Shown: in pieces, positions 50,241 to 59,219 of the stretch
Numbering within the stretch: position 1 is the first letter of the stretch
Layout: the number at the start of each line of letters is the position of its first letter
The notes under the pieces: generated by a model
Database searches by the model: none
The model's input: only the letters and a program-made list of their open reading frames with translations
Told to the model about the DNA's origin: nothing
Program-made: the position numbers and the translations under genes
Source of the DNA: Truepera sp.
GTDB taxonomy: Bacteria > Deinococcota > Deinococci > Deinococcales > Trueperaceae
Length of the DNA stretch: 64,000 bases
Direction: 5' to 3'
Assembly: GCA_965218435.1 (NCBI GenBank)
Contig: CBDCKW010000009.1
Span: 64,001 to 128,000 of the forward strand

Positions 50241-51515
50241 ATGAACCTTTCACCGGCTCTCGCCCGTTCTATCGTCGAAGTGTTGGGGGCGTCCGGCACC
50301 CCACCCGACCGAGGGGTGCAACACTTTAACGTGGGCAACCGCTCGCTGGTCGAGGCGCTCGACACTTACTACTTCTCGTCGTATCTGCAAGACGGCGGCG
50401 CAGCCTTTAAGCTGGTCGTAGGTGACTACGGCAGCGGCAAGTCGCACTTTCTCTACTGCCTAAGAGACGTGGCCTGGGCGCGCGGCTTTGCGGTCGTCAA
50501 GGTTGACCTGAGCCCCACCGAGACGCCCTACAACGACCAGCGGCTCGTTTACGGCGCGGTCGCCCGCAACCTCGTTTGGCACGAGGGCGAAGGCGTTTCG
50601 GACGAGGCTGGACTACCCCGCTTTTTGGAGGGTACCCTGACCCGCATCGTCGGTGAGGAACCGAGTCTCGAGACCTTGAACCACCCTAACTACCGTGCGC
50701 TGGTTGATACTCTCGAGGCCAGCACGATTGACAGCGCAGCGTATAAAGTGGCGGTGCTCGCCTACTTCGACGCACTGCTGGGCGCTCATGAGGAGCGGTT
50801 GGCCTCACTGACGCGCTGGCTGCTGGCCGAAGACACCACCCCGGACGACACCAGGGTGCTGCGCGGCCTCGGCGTCACCGGCAAGATTACGCGCACCAAC
50901 GCCTTTAGAATGCTCCGTTCGCTCGCGCAGACCGTGCGGGCGCTTTCCTACAGCGGCCTGCTCCTGCTCTTCGACGAGGTTGACCGGATGAGCAGCATCG
51001 GCGGCAAAGCCGAACGGCTCGCGACCGACACCCTCCGCGAGGTCGTTGACCGCTGCCGCGACGACTTGCCCGGCGCGATGTTCGTCTACGCGGTTCCGCC
51101 GCAATTTATGAGTGACGTGGTGCCGCGTTATCCCGCCCTGCAACAGCGTCTGCGTGCTCCGGCGCGGTTTTCCAGAACGAACCACTTCAGCCCGCAGATC
51201 AGCTTGGAGCATCTCGATTTAGCCGAAGACGACCTGATGCTCGCCATCGGCGAAAAGCTCGTGCCCATCTTTGAGACCGCGTTCGGGGCCGACCTCGATG
51301 AGAAAATCCAGCACGCCAACGCCGCCATCCTCGCGAACGTCGCGCGCGACGTGTTTCTCGATGTAAGCCACCGGCGGCTGTTTATCAAGACTTTTGTCAC
51401 CGAACTCGCCCGCCAGCACGCCGAAGGGGAGCGGGTGCTGACCGAGCCGGAGGCTACGGCCCGGTTGCGGGGTCAGGCCGAAGCCCTTGGGGACGGCCTG
51501 ACCCCACCGTACTAG
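50241..51515 (+). CDS. DUF2791/BrxD-like P-loop ATPase
   Basis: GTPP, FKLVVGDYGSGKSHFL, ARGFAVVKVDLSP, GLLLLFDEVD, YPALQQRL. Confidence 0.8.
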   Translation: MNLSPALARSIVEVLGASGTPPDRGVQHFNVGNRSLVEALDTYYFSSYLQDGGAAFKLVVGDYGSGKSHFLYCLRDVAWARGFAVVKVDLSPTETPYNDQRLVYGAVARNLVWHEGEGVSDEAGLPRFLEGTLTRIVGEEPSLETLNHPNYRALVDTLEASTIDSAAYKVAVLAYFDALLGAHEERLASLTRWLLAEDTTPDDTRVLRGLGVTGKITRTNAFRMLRSLAQTVRALSYSGLLLLFDEVDRMSSIGGKAERLATDTLREVVDRCRDDLPGAMFVYAVPPQFMSDVVPRYPALQQRLRAPARFSRTNHFSPQISLEHLDLAEDDLMLAIGEKLVPIFETAFGADLDEKIQHANAAILANVARDVFLDVSHRRLFIKTFVTELARQHAEGERVLTEPEATARLRGQAEALGDGLTPPY

Positions 51516-51517
51516 AG

Positions 51518-52951
51518 ATGATCGGGACGCCCGTTGAGCACCCTCAGTACGGCCCCGGTCAGGTGGTCGCCGTTTACAAACGGGGCAGCGAGTGGTTGGT
51601 GCGTTTTGAGAGCGGCCTGCGTTTCCGGCGACCCCGGCAGGAGTTTACGGGGGAGCACGCCGACGCCGCGCCCATCGCCCCGGCTCGTGCCACTCAAGTC
51701 AACCCGCCGCTGCTCGAGGGCCGGTTTGGGGCACGTGGGCTGATCGAGGCGCTGCGGCTCGGCATTGCGCCTGCGCAGCAAGCGCAGGCGCTTACCATCG
51801 GTCTGGAGAAAGAGCGTGCCAGCCTGGGCGCAGGGTTAGAGAGTGCGCAGCGGGGTCACGGCGCGGTGCGTGCGGTGGTCGGCGACTACGGTCAGGGCAA
51901 GAGCCACATCGTCGAACTCACCGCTCAAGCGGCGCTCGAGCGCAACTTTTTGGTCGCCGGTAGCAGTCTCGACCTGCTCGAGCTGCCGCCCCACCGCGGC
52001 TTCGATATCTACGCCAGCCTCGCGCAGAACCTCCGCTACCCGGACAACGACGAGTGGGGGGACGAGCGGGGGTTGGGGCCGCTGTTAGAACGCGCCACCG
52101 AACGGCAGCTCGCGGAACCTCTGGCGGCGGCAGCGGCGCTCGAGGTTGATCCCTTACAGCTCACCGTCCGCGCCCTGGCGACGACCGCTTCGTCGCGGCA
52201 GCGGCGTGCTTGGGAGCGGTTTTTAGCCGAAGGTCGCCGGGTTAAAGCGATGAACCCGGCCCTCAAGCAGCTTTTACCCAAGGGGCAACGGTTTCCCAGC
52301 CTCTACAAGGTCGGTCACAACGCCCGTCAGCTGGCCTATCTGCTGAGCGGCGTGAGCGTCCTCGCCCGGCTCGCGGGGTACAGCGGTCTCGCGGTCCTCA
52401 TCGACGAAGCCGAAAGCTACTCGCTGCTCAAGCCTTACCAGCGCCCCAAAGCAGGGCAATTTTTCAGCGCGGTCAGCTATGCGGCGCTGTCGGGCCGACA
52501 CCCACATCTGCGCGAAAATGACTTCGCTCATCACCGCTTCTGGGACTACCCGCTGTACTATGGGGGTTCCTCTGGTAATTCTTATAGCGGCTCCGCCGGA
52601 CTCTTTTTTCTCTTTACCGTAACCCGCAGCGATAACCGCTTGCCGCTCGAGGTGTGGCTCGCGCCTGAAGACGTGCTCGAGCTCGAGCCTCATCTCAGCC
52701 CGCAAGAACTCGCGCAGTTTTTAGAGACGCTGGGGCGTTTTCACGCCCAAGCCTACGCTTACACGCCGGACGAGCGCCACGGACAACTGCGCCGCGCCGC
52801 CGCAGAACACCTCGCGCGGGGGGTGCGAAACCACCTTTTGGGCGTACGCGGGGCGGTGCGCCTGAGCGTTGACCTTTTCGACCTCCTCTATCTCTACCCT
52901 GAGTACGAAGTGGTGACGATCTTGGACGAACTGCGGGCGCAGCTGCGATAG
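51518..52951 (+). CDS. Second DUF2791/BrxD-like P-loop ATPase with an N-terminal Tudor-like module
   Basis: IEALRLG, GDYGQGKSH, LARLAGYSGLAVLIDEAE; N-terminal VEHPQYGPGQV..VRF. Confidence 0.8.
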   Translation: MIGTPVEHPQYGPGQVVAVYKRGSEWLVRFESGLRFRRPRQEFTGEHADAAPIAPARATQVNPPLLEGRFGARGLIEALRLGIAPAQQAQALTIGLEKERASLGAGLESAQRGHGAVRAVVGDYGQGKSHIVELTAQAALERNFLVAGSSLDLLELPPHRGFDIYASLAQNLRYPDNDEWGDERGLGPLLERATERQLAEPLAAAAALEVDPLQLTVRALATTASSRQRRAWERFLAEGRRVKAMNPALKQLLPKGQRFPSLYKVGHNARQLAYLLSGVSVLARLAGYSGLAVLIDEAESYSLLKPYQRPKAGQFFSAVSYAALSGRHPHLRENDFAHHRFWDYPLYYGGSSGNSYSGSAGLFFLFTVTRSDNRLPLEVWLAPEDVLELEPHLSPQELAQFLETLGRFHAQAYAYTPDERHGQLRRAAAEHLARGVRNHLLGVRGAVRLSVDLFDLLYLYPEYEVVTILDELRAQLR

Positions 52952-53069
52952 CTGTCGCCATTTCAGAACCAGTTAAAGGTGTTGACAGCGTGCACTGTGG
53001 AAAAGAAGCAGGAAGCAGTAAGTGGCGGCCAGCTAAAAAACCGTGTTTCTCTACGCACTCAAAACGCAG

Positions 53070-53330
53070 CTTACGCACAAGCTGTCAAAGACACAGCAAT
53101 ACTTCGGACAGGTTTTGACATAAAATCCGAGTTGACTCGTCTGTGACGCAAAGCTCTTTGATAAAAGTCGTATCGAGAAGCGTCGTCCCCGACGTGTTTT
53201 CTAGGAAAGTATCCGAACTAATGATACAGAACATCTGCTGAAAAGGAAGAATGAAGCGTTCTCTACTCTCCCTTCTGCGTTCTTCATTCCTTTATATACC
53301 CACTCGTCTACCGAGAACAAACTGCGTAAG
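53070..53330. repeat. Structured intergenic element, copy 2 (8-bp terminal inverted repeat)
   Basis: CTTACGCA...TGCGTAAG; end blocks homologous to 50085-50239. Confidence 0.8.
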
Positions 53331-53406
53331 GTGAATGAGGACGTAAGGCTCGAGCGCCCCAACGTCCAACCGATAGACGACCCTAAAGGGTAAGCTTTGA
53401 GGGCAG

Positions 53407-55476
53407 ATGGACACGCAGCTCAAAACCCAACTCGCCCGCACTTGGCCGGTCTTCTTCGCCGGGTACGGCTCGTTTACCGAGGTGCAGCGGCGCGCCATGC
53501 CCGTCATCTTGGCTGGTTGGGACACGCTGATTACGGCTGCGACCGCCTCGGGCAAAACCGAAGCGGCGCTGGTCCCGCTTTTAGAGCGGCACATCCTCGG
53601 CCGTGAGGGTTCCGGGCTGCGCCTCTTGTACCTCTGCCCGACGCGTGCGCTGCTCCGCGACCTGTTTGGGCGGCTCGAGCCCTCCTTACGCACCCTGGGC
53701 GTTGCGGCAACTATGAAAAGCGGCGATACCGGCCCGGTCTCTTCGCGTCGCCCGCCCACGGTACTCTTTACCACCCCGGAATCGACCGACTCGCTCCTCA
53801 CCCGTTCCCCCCGCCTCTTCCGAACCCTCGAGGCGCTTGTCCTAGATGAAATCCATCTCTTTGACGACAGTCCCAGAGGGGATCAGGTGCGCTGTCTGCT
53901 GGCACGTCTCGAGGTCATCCGTCAATTCAGTCAACCAGAGTTTGGTCAGCCGACGCGCCCCCCCGCACAGCGCGTCGCCCTCTCCGCCACCGTGGACGCG
54001 CCGGGGGCAATTGCCGCACGGTATCTGCGTGACGCGGTGATCGTTCAGGTTCCGGGCCACCGGGGTATAGCGGCCGAAATCGCGTCCATAAGTGAGCTTG
54101 GCGACCTGACGGCGGCGCTCGCAAAGGGCACCGCCAAAAAGACCCTCGTCTTTTGTAACACCCGTCACGAGGTCGAGCAGGTCGGGACTTTTTTGCGCCA
54201 AACGCTCCCTTTCGAGGCCACCGTACTGGTGCATTACGCCGATCTGGACAGCGCCATGCGGCGCGAGGTGGAGACGCGCTTTGCCGAAGCGAGCGTCGCG
54301 GTCTGTGTCAGCACCTCGACGTTGGAACTCGGCGTTGACATCGGCAGCGTCGATGAGGTGGCGCTGCTCGGGCCGCCCCCCAACCTGAGTGCGTTTTTGC
54401 AGCGCGTCGGACGGGGTGGCCGGCGGCGGCGCGAGAGCCGGGTGTTATGTTTGGCCCGCTCCGCGCTCGAGGTTCGCCACTTCGACGCGCTGCTCCGCCT
54501 GGCGCATGGGTTGATGCCTAAACTCCCGGCGCGGCACTACCCCTTTCGGCCGTCGGTATTGGTTCAACAGGCTTTTAGCCTCATCAAGCAGAGCCCTACC
54601 GGAGGGTTGCGTTTGGCCGACCTGCGCCGCGTTGTGCCGGAGGGACTAGGGGAGGGGACGCTCCGGAACGTTTTAGATCACCTCGTTACGGAAGACTACC
54701 TGACGCGCGGACGACCCGGCGAGTGGCGGGCCGGGCCGGGTCTCAACGAACTCGCGGACCGGCACGAGCTTTACAGCAACATCGGCGGCGACGTTTTGAC
54801 GACGACTGTCGTAGACGCTTACAGCGGACGACCGGTCGCCCGTACCGACCGACCGCGCCGGGTCGGTGAAACGTTGCTGATGGCGGGCCGCCCGGTCGAA
54901 GTGGCGTGGCGCGACCGGCACACGTTTGCGGTCAAGGAAGGTAAGCGCAGCGCCGCAAAAGACGTCATGCGCCTGGTCCGTTCGCGTCAAGCGGTACCGC
55001 TCGAGCTGGCTCAAGGCGTCGCTTCGTCATTCGGCCTTGGGGTAGGGGAGATGCCGCTTTTGCAGGACTCCTACGGGCTGCAGCTCGTTCATTTTTGGGG
55101 CGACGTTTACGGCGCGTGGCTCGCAGCTATCTTGCAAGCACACCACCTACAAAAATATTGGGAAGCACAGTACGCGCGTGAGGACGAACCCTTTGTGTTC
55201 TCGTACGACGCTTATACGCTCCGCCTTCCGTTTCCAGTCCCGGCCTTGCCGCCGTGGGACAGCACACTGGCGCTGGGCACGCTTAAAACGCTGGTACCCC
55301 GGCTCGAGCCTTACCTCGAGCTGGGCCGCTTTCAGCCTCTCTTGTCACCGGAGGTGGCGCTCGGGGGAATTGTAGCGGAGTGCGACGTAGTGCGGTTTGA
55401 AGCCCTTTACCGCGCAGGGAGGCTGATACCGGTGTCGCCGGGGCTCCGTGAAGCGTTACGGGAGCTGCACGAATAA
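53407..55476 (+). CDS. Lhr/BrxHI-like SF2 DEAD/DEAH helicase
   Basis: Q motif, ATASGKTEAA, PTRAL, TTPES, DEIH, LSAT, TSTLELGVDIG, QRVGRGGR. Confidence 0.9.
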   Translation: MDTQLKTQLARTWPVFFAGYGSFTEVQRRAMPVILAGWDTLITAATASGKTEAALVPLLERHILGREGSGLRLLYLCPTRALLRDLFGRLEPSLRTLGVAATMKSGDTGPVSSRRPPTVLFTTPESTDSLLTRSPRLFRTLEALVLDEIHLFDDSPRGDQVRCLLARLEVIRQFSQPEFGQPTRPPAQRVALSATVDAPGAIAARYLRDAVIVQVPGHRGIAAEIASISELGDLTAALAKGTAKKTLVFCNTRHEVEQVGTFLRQTLPFEATVLVHYADLDSAMRREVETRFAEASVAVCVSTSTLELGVDIGSVDEVALLGPPPNLSAFLQRVGRGGRRRRESRVLCLARSALEVRHFDALLRLAHGLMPKLPARHYPFRPSVLVQQAFSLIKQSPTGGLRLADLRRVVPEGLGEGTLRNVLDHLVTEDYLTRGRPGEWRAGPGLNELADRHELYSNIGGDVLTTTVVDAYSGRPVARTDRPRRVGETLLMAGRPVEVAWRDRHTFAVKEGKRSAAKDVMRLVRSRQAVPLELAQGVASSFGLGVGEMPLLQDSYGLQLVHFWGDVYGAWLAAILQAHHLQKYWEAQYAREDEPFVFSYDAYTLRLPFPVPALPPWDSTLALGTLKTLVPRLEPYLELGRFQPLLSPEVALGGIVAECDVVRFEALYRAGRLIPVSPGLREALRELHE

Positions 55477-55510
55477 CGGTAGCGCGTACAGGTCGGGGTC
55501 TGAAGAGGTA

Positions 55511-55646
55511 ATACTAATTCCGATTGATTTGTTTGCATAAACGGACAAGTCCGAGCGGAGCGAGTGGGAACAAATATACGGGTGGAGCGTAATAGACGAT
55601 CACTGAGGCTTTTTCTCGGTGATCGGGAATAAAGCGGAATCCGTAT
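55511..55646. repeat. Deinococcus SNR-like small non-coding repeat / MITE
   Basis: Imperfect TIR ATACTAATTCCG...CGGAATCCGTAT; internal hairpin CGATCACTGAG/CTCGGTGATCG; minus strand TACGGATTCCG..CTCGCTCCGCTCGG..TCAATCGGA as recalled for Deinococcus repeats. Confidence 0.65.
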
Positions 55647-56079
55647 AAGACACAAAATCCAGAAACACATTTACTAGGTTGTGTTGATGTTTGCTCTTAT
55701 TATCCTGCTTTAAGTCCGTGAGAGACGCTATTTTCGTTATTCGGCTACTGCCTTCTGCTTGACTCTTTCGCATTACATACAGCTGACGACCCTCGCTAAG
55801 CTCAGAATATCAGCAGAACCCAGCTAGTGGCTAACCCAGGCATCATTACGGGCACTACGCGACCTCTGGACTCGCACTTCGCGCCACGCTTCAAGGGGCA
55901 CAGAGAGCATGACCAGCTTGGCTTGACCGTGACGTACATATTTGCTGACGCATATTCGTAATCCGTGCGGATGCAGGTGTGGGCCAGCACACCCTAGAGG
56001 GAGATGATGACCCAAAACCTCAGTTGAAAGTTCCGTTACCGCGAAGTCAAAGGGGCAGCTGGTCCGTCTGAGCGTGCTG

Positions 56080-58113
56080 TCACGGCTGCCCGTTACCTCG
56101 AGAGGTTACGAGATAGCTAAAACCGCCCGCTGAAACAGGGACGCGTATCCGGCCCTGACGACCGAGAACCGTTTCGCTCAGCGTGCCCGTATCGTCGTAG
56201 ATAAAGGCTTTGGCGCTCCTGGACACGTTGAGGGTCACGACTCGCCGCTCCGGGGCAAAGCTCTGCAGCAGCGTTTGCTCAGCGGTGCCGGTAAGGTCTA
56301 AACGCGCGATTTCCGGACGAATTAAAAAGGCGTCGAGCTGAACAGGCAGTTTACCTATTGGCGAAACGCTCAGCGGCACCATGCCTGCGTTTAGCTGATT
56401 TGTTACAGTACCCGGTGCTGAGGCCAAAGCTACCGTCAACAGACCTTTGTTTGACGAAACGCCGGGGTCACCCGCGCCGCCCAACCAGAAGGTATAGGGC
56501 TGTTGTCCCAAAGTCATTTCCGCGCCGGTGGCAAACAAAAGAATGGGTTGCTGCTCAAAGACCGGTAGGACAGCGTAACGCCCGCTTTCAGGCAACGTCA
56601 CCTCGAGCCCCAGCTGCCCACCGGGTGAGAGCGTGACATATGCGCCGCCACTCCACGAGGCTTCCCCGTTCCAAGCACTCTCCGGCGTGACGACTTTGCC
56701 TTGTGTCAGGGTGGCGGACTCGGCTTCTACTAACTGCCAGCCTTGTTGCAAGCTGCGGGTGGACCCATAAGCTGCCGCTTTTACGCCCGGATGCGCGTCC
56801 AAAGCCAACATCGAGAGCAAGCCGTGAACTGTACTCTCCGCGCCCGAGTTGGGGTTGATACGACCGTCGGTCTCGAGCCCGTCGAAGGTGCGCCCGGTTG
56901 CTACGTCATACATCGGGGTCGTGGCCCGGTTGTTGCCAAAATACCAGGCTCCGGCGATCCCGGCGAGCTGCTCGAAGACCGCTTCGCCGGTGAGGTCGGC
57001 GACCTCTAAGAGATTTTGCAGCGCGGCGTCGGCACCGTAGGCAATCTGCACCGTTTCAGCCGGGGTCGGGGTCCAACCTTGATCCGCCCCGCCTTGGACC
57101 AAGAGCAGTGGGACAAAGGTGCTCATTTCAGAGCGGGCGGCGGCAATCATCGTGGGTTCGCCCAGCACGTCCCCGGCAACCGCCAACGCCCCGGCCATCT
57201 GTGCGCCCCAGCCGTGCCACAGCGACCTCGAGCCCGTCCACGGCAGGGTCGCGCCGAAGGGAAACTCGGTAGGCGTGCGTGAGGTCAGCAGCATCAGGCC
57301 GTCGGCAAATTTTCGTAAGGCGTCTTCAGCTCGGGGGTTTGAAGTCGCGCGTAGATACGCCGCGAGGCCGTAGACCGCTTCACTCGAAGCGTCCGCGCCG
57401 CCGTTAATCAACCAGGTCGGATTTTGAAAGCCGTGAAACGTCTCGGTTTTAGGATAATTGACCAAGACCTGCCGCTCCAAAGCCCCCAGCGCCAGCTCGA
57501 GCCTCGCTTCTAAAAACGCCGCAAAGTCCGGGTCGTCCGCCGTAAAAGCTGCGTAGCCCTCACCCAGCGCCCATACCGTCCGGGCCAGCCAATATGACGC
57601 GCCGGAATCGGACGGGTCGGGTTGCTCGACAGGTTCGGCGCTCGGATTTAAGGTTCCGTCCGGTTGCACCCATAAGACGACGTTGCCTTCATTCGGCCCC
57701 GGTGTCAGCGTCTGTAAGTAGGCGACGGTGCGTAAGAGACCATACGCCTTGGTGCGGCTACTCGCAGTACCGGTTTGCTGCCAGTGCCGCAGATAGACGA
57801 CCGCCGCGCGGGTCAGGTCGTCGGCGTTAAACGCCCCTTGACCCCAGGTGTCGGTCGCCGCGTCGTAGTCGCCCCCTCCAACGCGGCGATAAGTGCCGTT
57901 TTCCAGCGGTTCGGCGTAGGTCCAAAGTGCCAGCAGTTCAGGGTTTTCAGCCAGCCGGTAGGTGCTGTGTCCTGCCTGTTCGGGCGGCGTGATCGTTTGG
58001 GTTAGAAAATCGAGATGAGACAGGTTGGTTAAGGTCTGCGGCGCAGCTGCAAAGGCTCCTGAAAGACCTAACCAGGTCAGAATTACAAGTGATTGTAAAG
58101 AGCGTTTTAACAT
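56080..58113 (-). CDS. Secreted uncharacterised protein, probable six-hairpin glycosidase-like domain plus CBM-like C-terminus
   Basis: SD AAGGAG before ATG 58113; signal peptide; ADDLTRA, WYFGNN..MYD..FDGL..NSGAEST; LVEAESA. Confidence 0.65.
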   Translation of the reverse strand: MLKRSLQSLVILTWLGLSGAFAAAPQTLTNLSHLDFLTQTITPPEQAGHSTYRLAENPELLALWTYAEPLENGTYRRVGGGDYDAATDTWGQGAFNADDLTRAAVVYLRHWQQTGTASSRTKAYGLLRTVAYLQTLTPGPNEGNVVLWVQPDGTLNPSAEPVEQPDPSDSGASYWLARTVWALGEGYAAFTADDPDFAAFLEARLELALGALERQVLVNYPKTETFHGFQNPTWLINGGADASSEAVYGLAAYLRATSNPRAEDALRKFADGLMLLTSRTPTEFPFGATLPWTGSRSLWHGWGAQMAGALAVAGDVLGEPTMIAAARSEMSTFVPLLLVQGGADQGWTPTPAETVQIAYGADAALQNLLEVADLTGEAVFEQLAGIAGAWYFGNNRATTPMYDVATGRTFDGLETDGRINPNSGAESTVHGLLSMLALDAHPGVKAAAYGSTRSLQQGWQLVEAESATLTQGKVVTPESAWNGEASWSGGAYVTLSPGGQLGLEVTLPESGRYAVLPVFEQQPILLFATGAEMTLGQQPYTFWLGGAGDPGVSSNKGLLTVALASAPGTVTNQLNAGMVPLSVSPIGKLPVQLDAFLIRPEIARLDLTGTAEQTLLQSFAPERRVVTLNVSRSAKAFIYDDTGTLSETVLGRQGRIRVPVSAGGFSYLVTSRGNGQP

Positions 58114-58180
58114 TTTACTCCTTTTGAAACGGCTCAGCTCCCGGCTTGCTACGCCGTTAAACGGGTGGAAAGTACCCTGG

Positions 58181-59089
58181 TCAGCCATTTCTAAGCGTCC
58201 AGGTAAGCAGCGCCTCGAGGTGCGCTCTCGCCAGTCCGACCACCCGGTCAGCGCCGCCATAGTAGAGATAGATGGTGCCGTTTATAACTGGGTTGGCTGT
58301 GCCGAAGACGACATTCGGGACGTCGCCGCGCAGCTCCCAAGCCGTTTGCGGCTCTAACACCGACGCCTCGGGGCGTTTAAGCACTTTGGTCGGGTCGTCT
58401 TTGTCTAGGAGCGCGACGCCCATACAGTAGACGTGGTCGTCGTCGTAACCGTGATAGATCATCAGCCAGCCTTCGTCGGTCAAGATCGGCGGGCCTCCGG
58501 CTCCGACCCGTTTGCCGTCCCAGAGGCCGGGACGCGGCGAGAGAAGCTGGGCGTGGTCCTCCCAAATGTACATGTCGTCGCTAAAGGCGAGCCAGACGCT
58601 CGGGGGGCGGCGGTGAAAGGTCACAAAGCGCCCGTCAATCTTGGCGGGGAAGAGGGCGTGGTCTTTGTTGTCTTCGTGCTGCACGACCGGCCCCAGCTTT
58701 TCCCAGGTGATGAGGTTGTCTGAGACCGCGTACATCGGGGTGATGCCCTGCGGCGGGACGCCGACATTGGGAAAGGGGCTCGAGCGGTCGAAGGCGGTAT
58801 AAGCCATGTAAAAACGGCCGTCTAACTCGGTGACGCGGGGGTCTTCGACGCCGCGCGCGTCCATGTCGCTGCTTGGGCTCAGTACGGGTTCGCGCAGCCG
58901 GTTCCAGCTGAGGCCGTCCGAAGAGACGGCGTACCCAATCCGCGACACGTAGTCGTAGCCTTGGGCGCGGTAGTACATGTGAAAGAGTCCGTTATGGATG
59001 ATCACAGCCGGGTTAAAGACGTTGACGGCTTCCCAGGGATTGGCCGGGTTGGGAACGAGGACGGGGGTGTAGTGGCGCTGAAACTTCAC
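58181..59089 (-). CDS. GH130 glycoside phosphorylase/hydrolase (beta-mannoside type)
   Basis: VFNPAV, EDPRV, NKDHALFP, HRRP, YHG, VPNVVF, YYGGAD. Confidence 0.92.
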   Translation of the reverse strand: MKFQRHYTPVLVPNPANPWEAVNVFNPAVIIHNGLFHMYYRAQGYDYVSRIGYAVSSDGLSWNRLREPVLSPSSDMDARGVEDPRVTELDGRFYMAYTAFDRSSPFPNVGVPPQGITPMYAVSDNLITWEKLGPVVQHEDNKDHALFPAKIDGRFVTFHRRPPSVWLAFSDDMYIWEDHAQLLSPRPGLWDGKRVGAGGPPILTDEGWLMIYHGYDDDHVYCMGVALLDKDDPTKVLKRPEASVLEPQTAWELRGDVPNVVFGTANPVINGTIYLYYGGADRVVGLARAHLEALLTWTLRNG

Positions 59090-59219
59090 GGAGAACTCCT
59101 CGGAGCTTGAGTTGACTGGGTTTGGGGTGGTTTGGGCTGGGGACGTTACCGGCTTCTTGATGCCTACTTCTTACGCTCTACTCCTTGGTAGAACCGCCAT
59201 ATCACCTTGGGTTGCCGAC

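Noticed and set aside
50085..53330. CRISPR array interpretation of the repeated blocks
   Set aside because: Only two copies, 3 kb apart, with no regular repeat-spacer period and no cas genes.
49142..55476. Calling the cluster BREX or Shango outright
   Set aside because: No pglX/pglZ/brxC and no recognisable TerB protein; two ATPases rather than one.
42175..56080. tRNA-Val-anchored integrative island
   Set aside because: No integrase and no convincing duplicate of the tRNA 3' end found.
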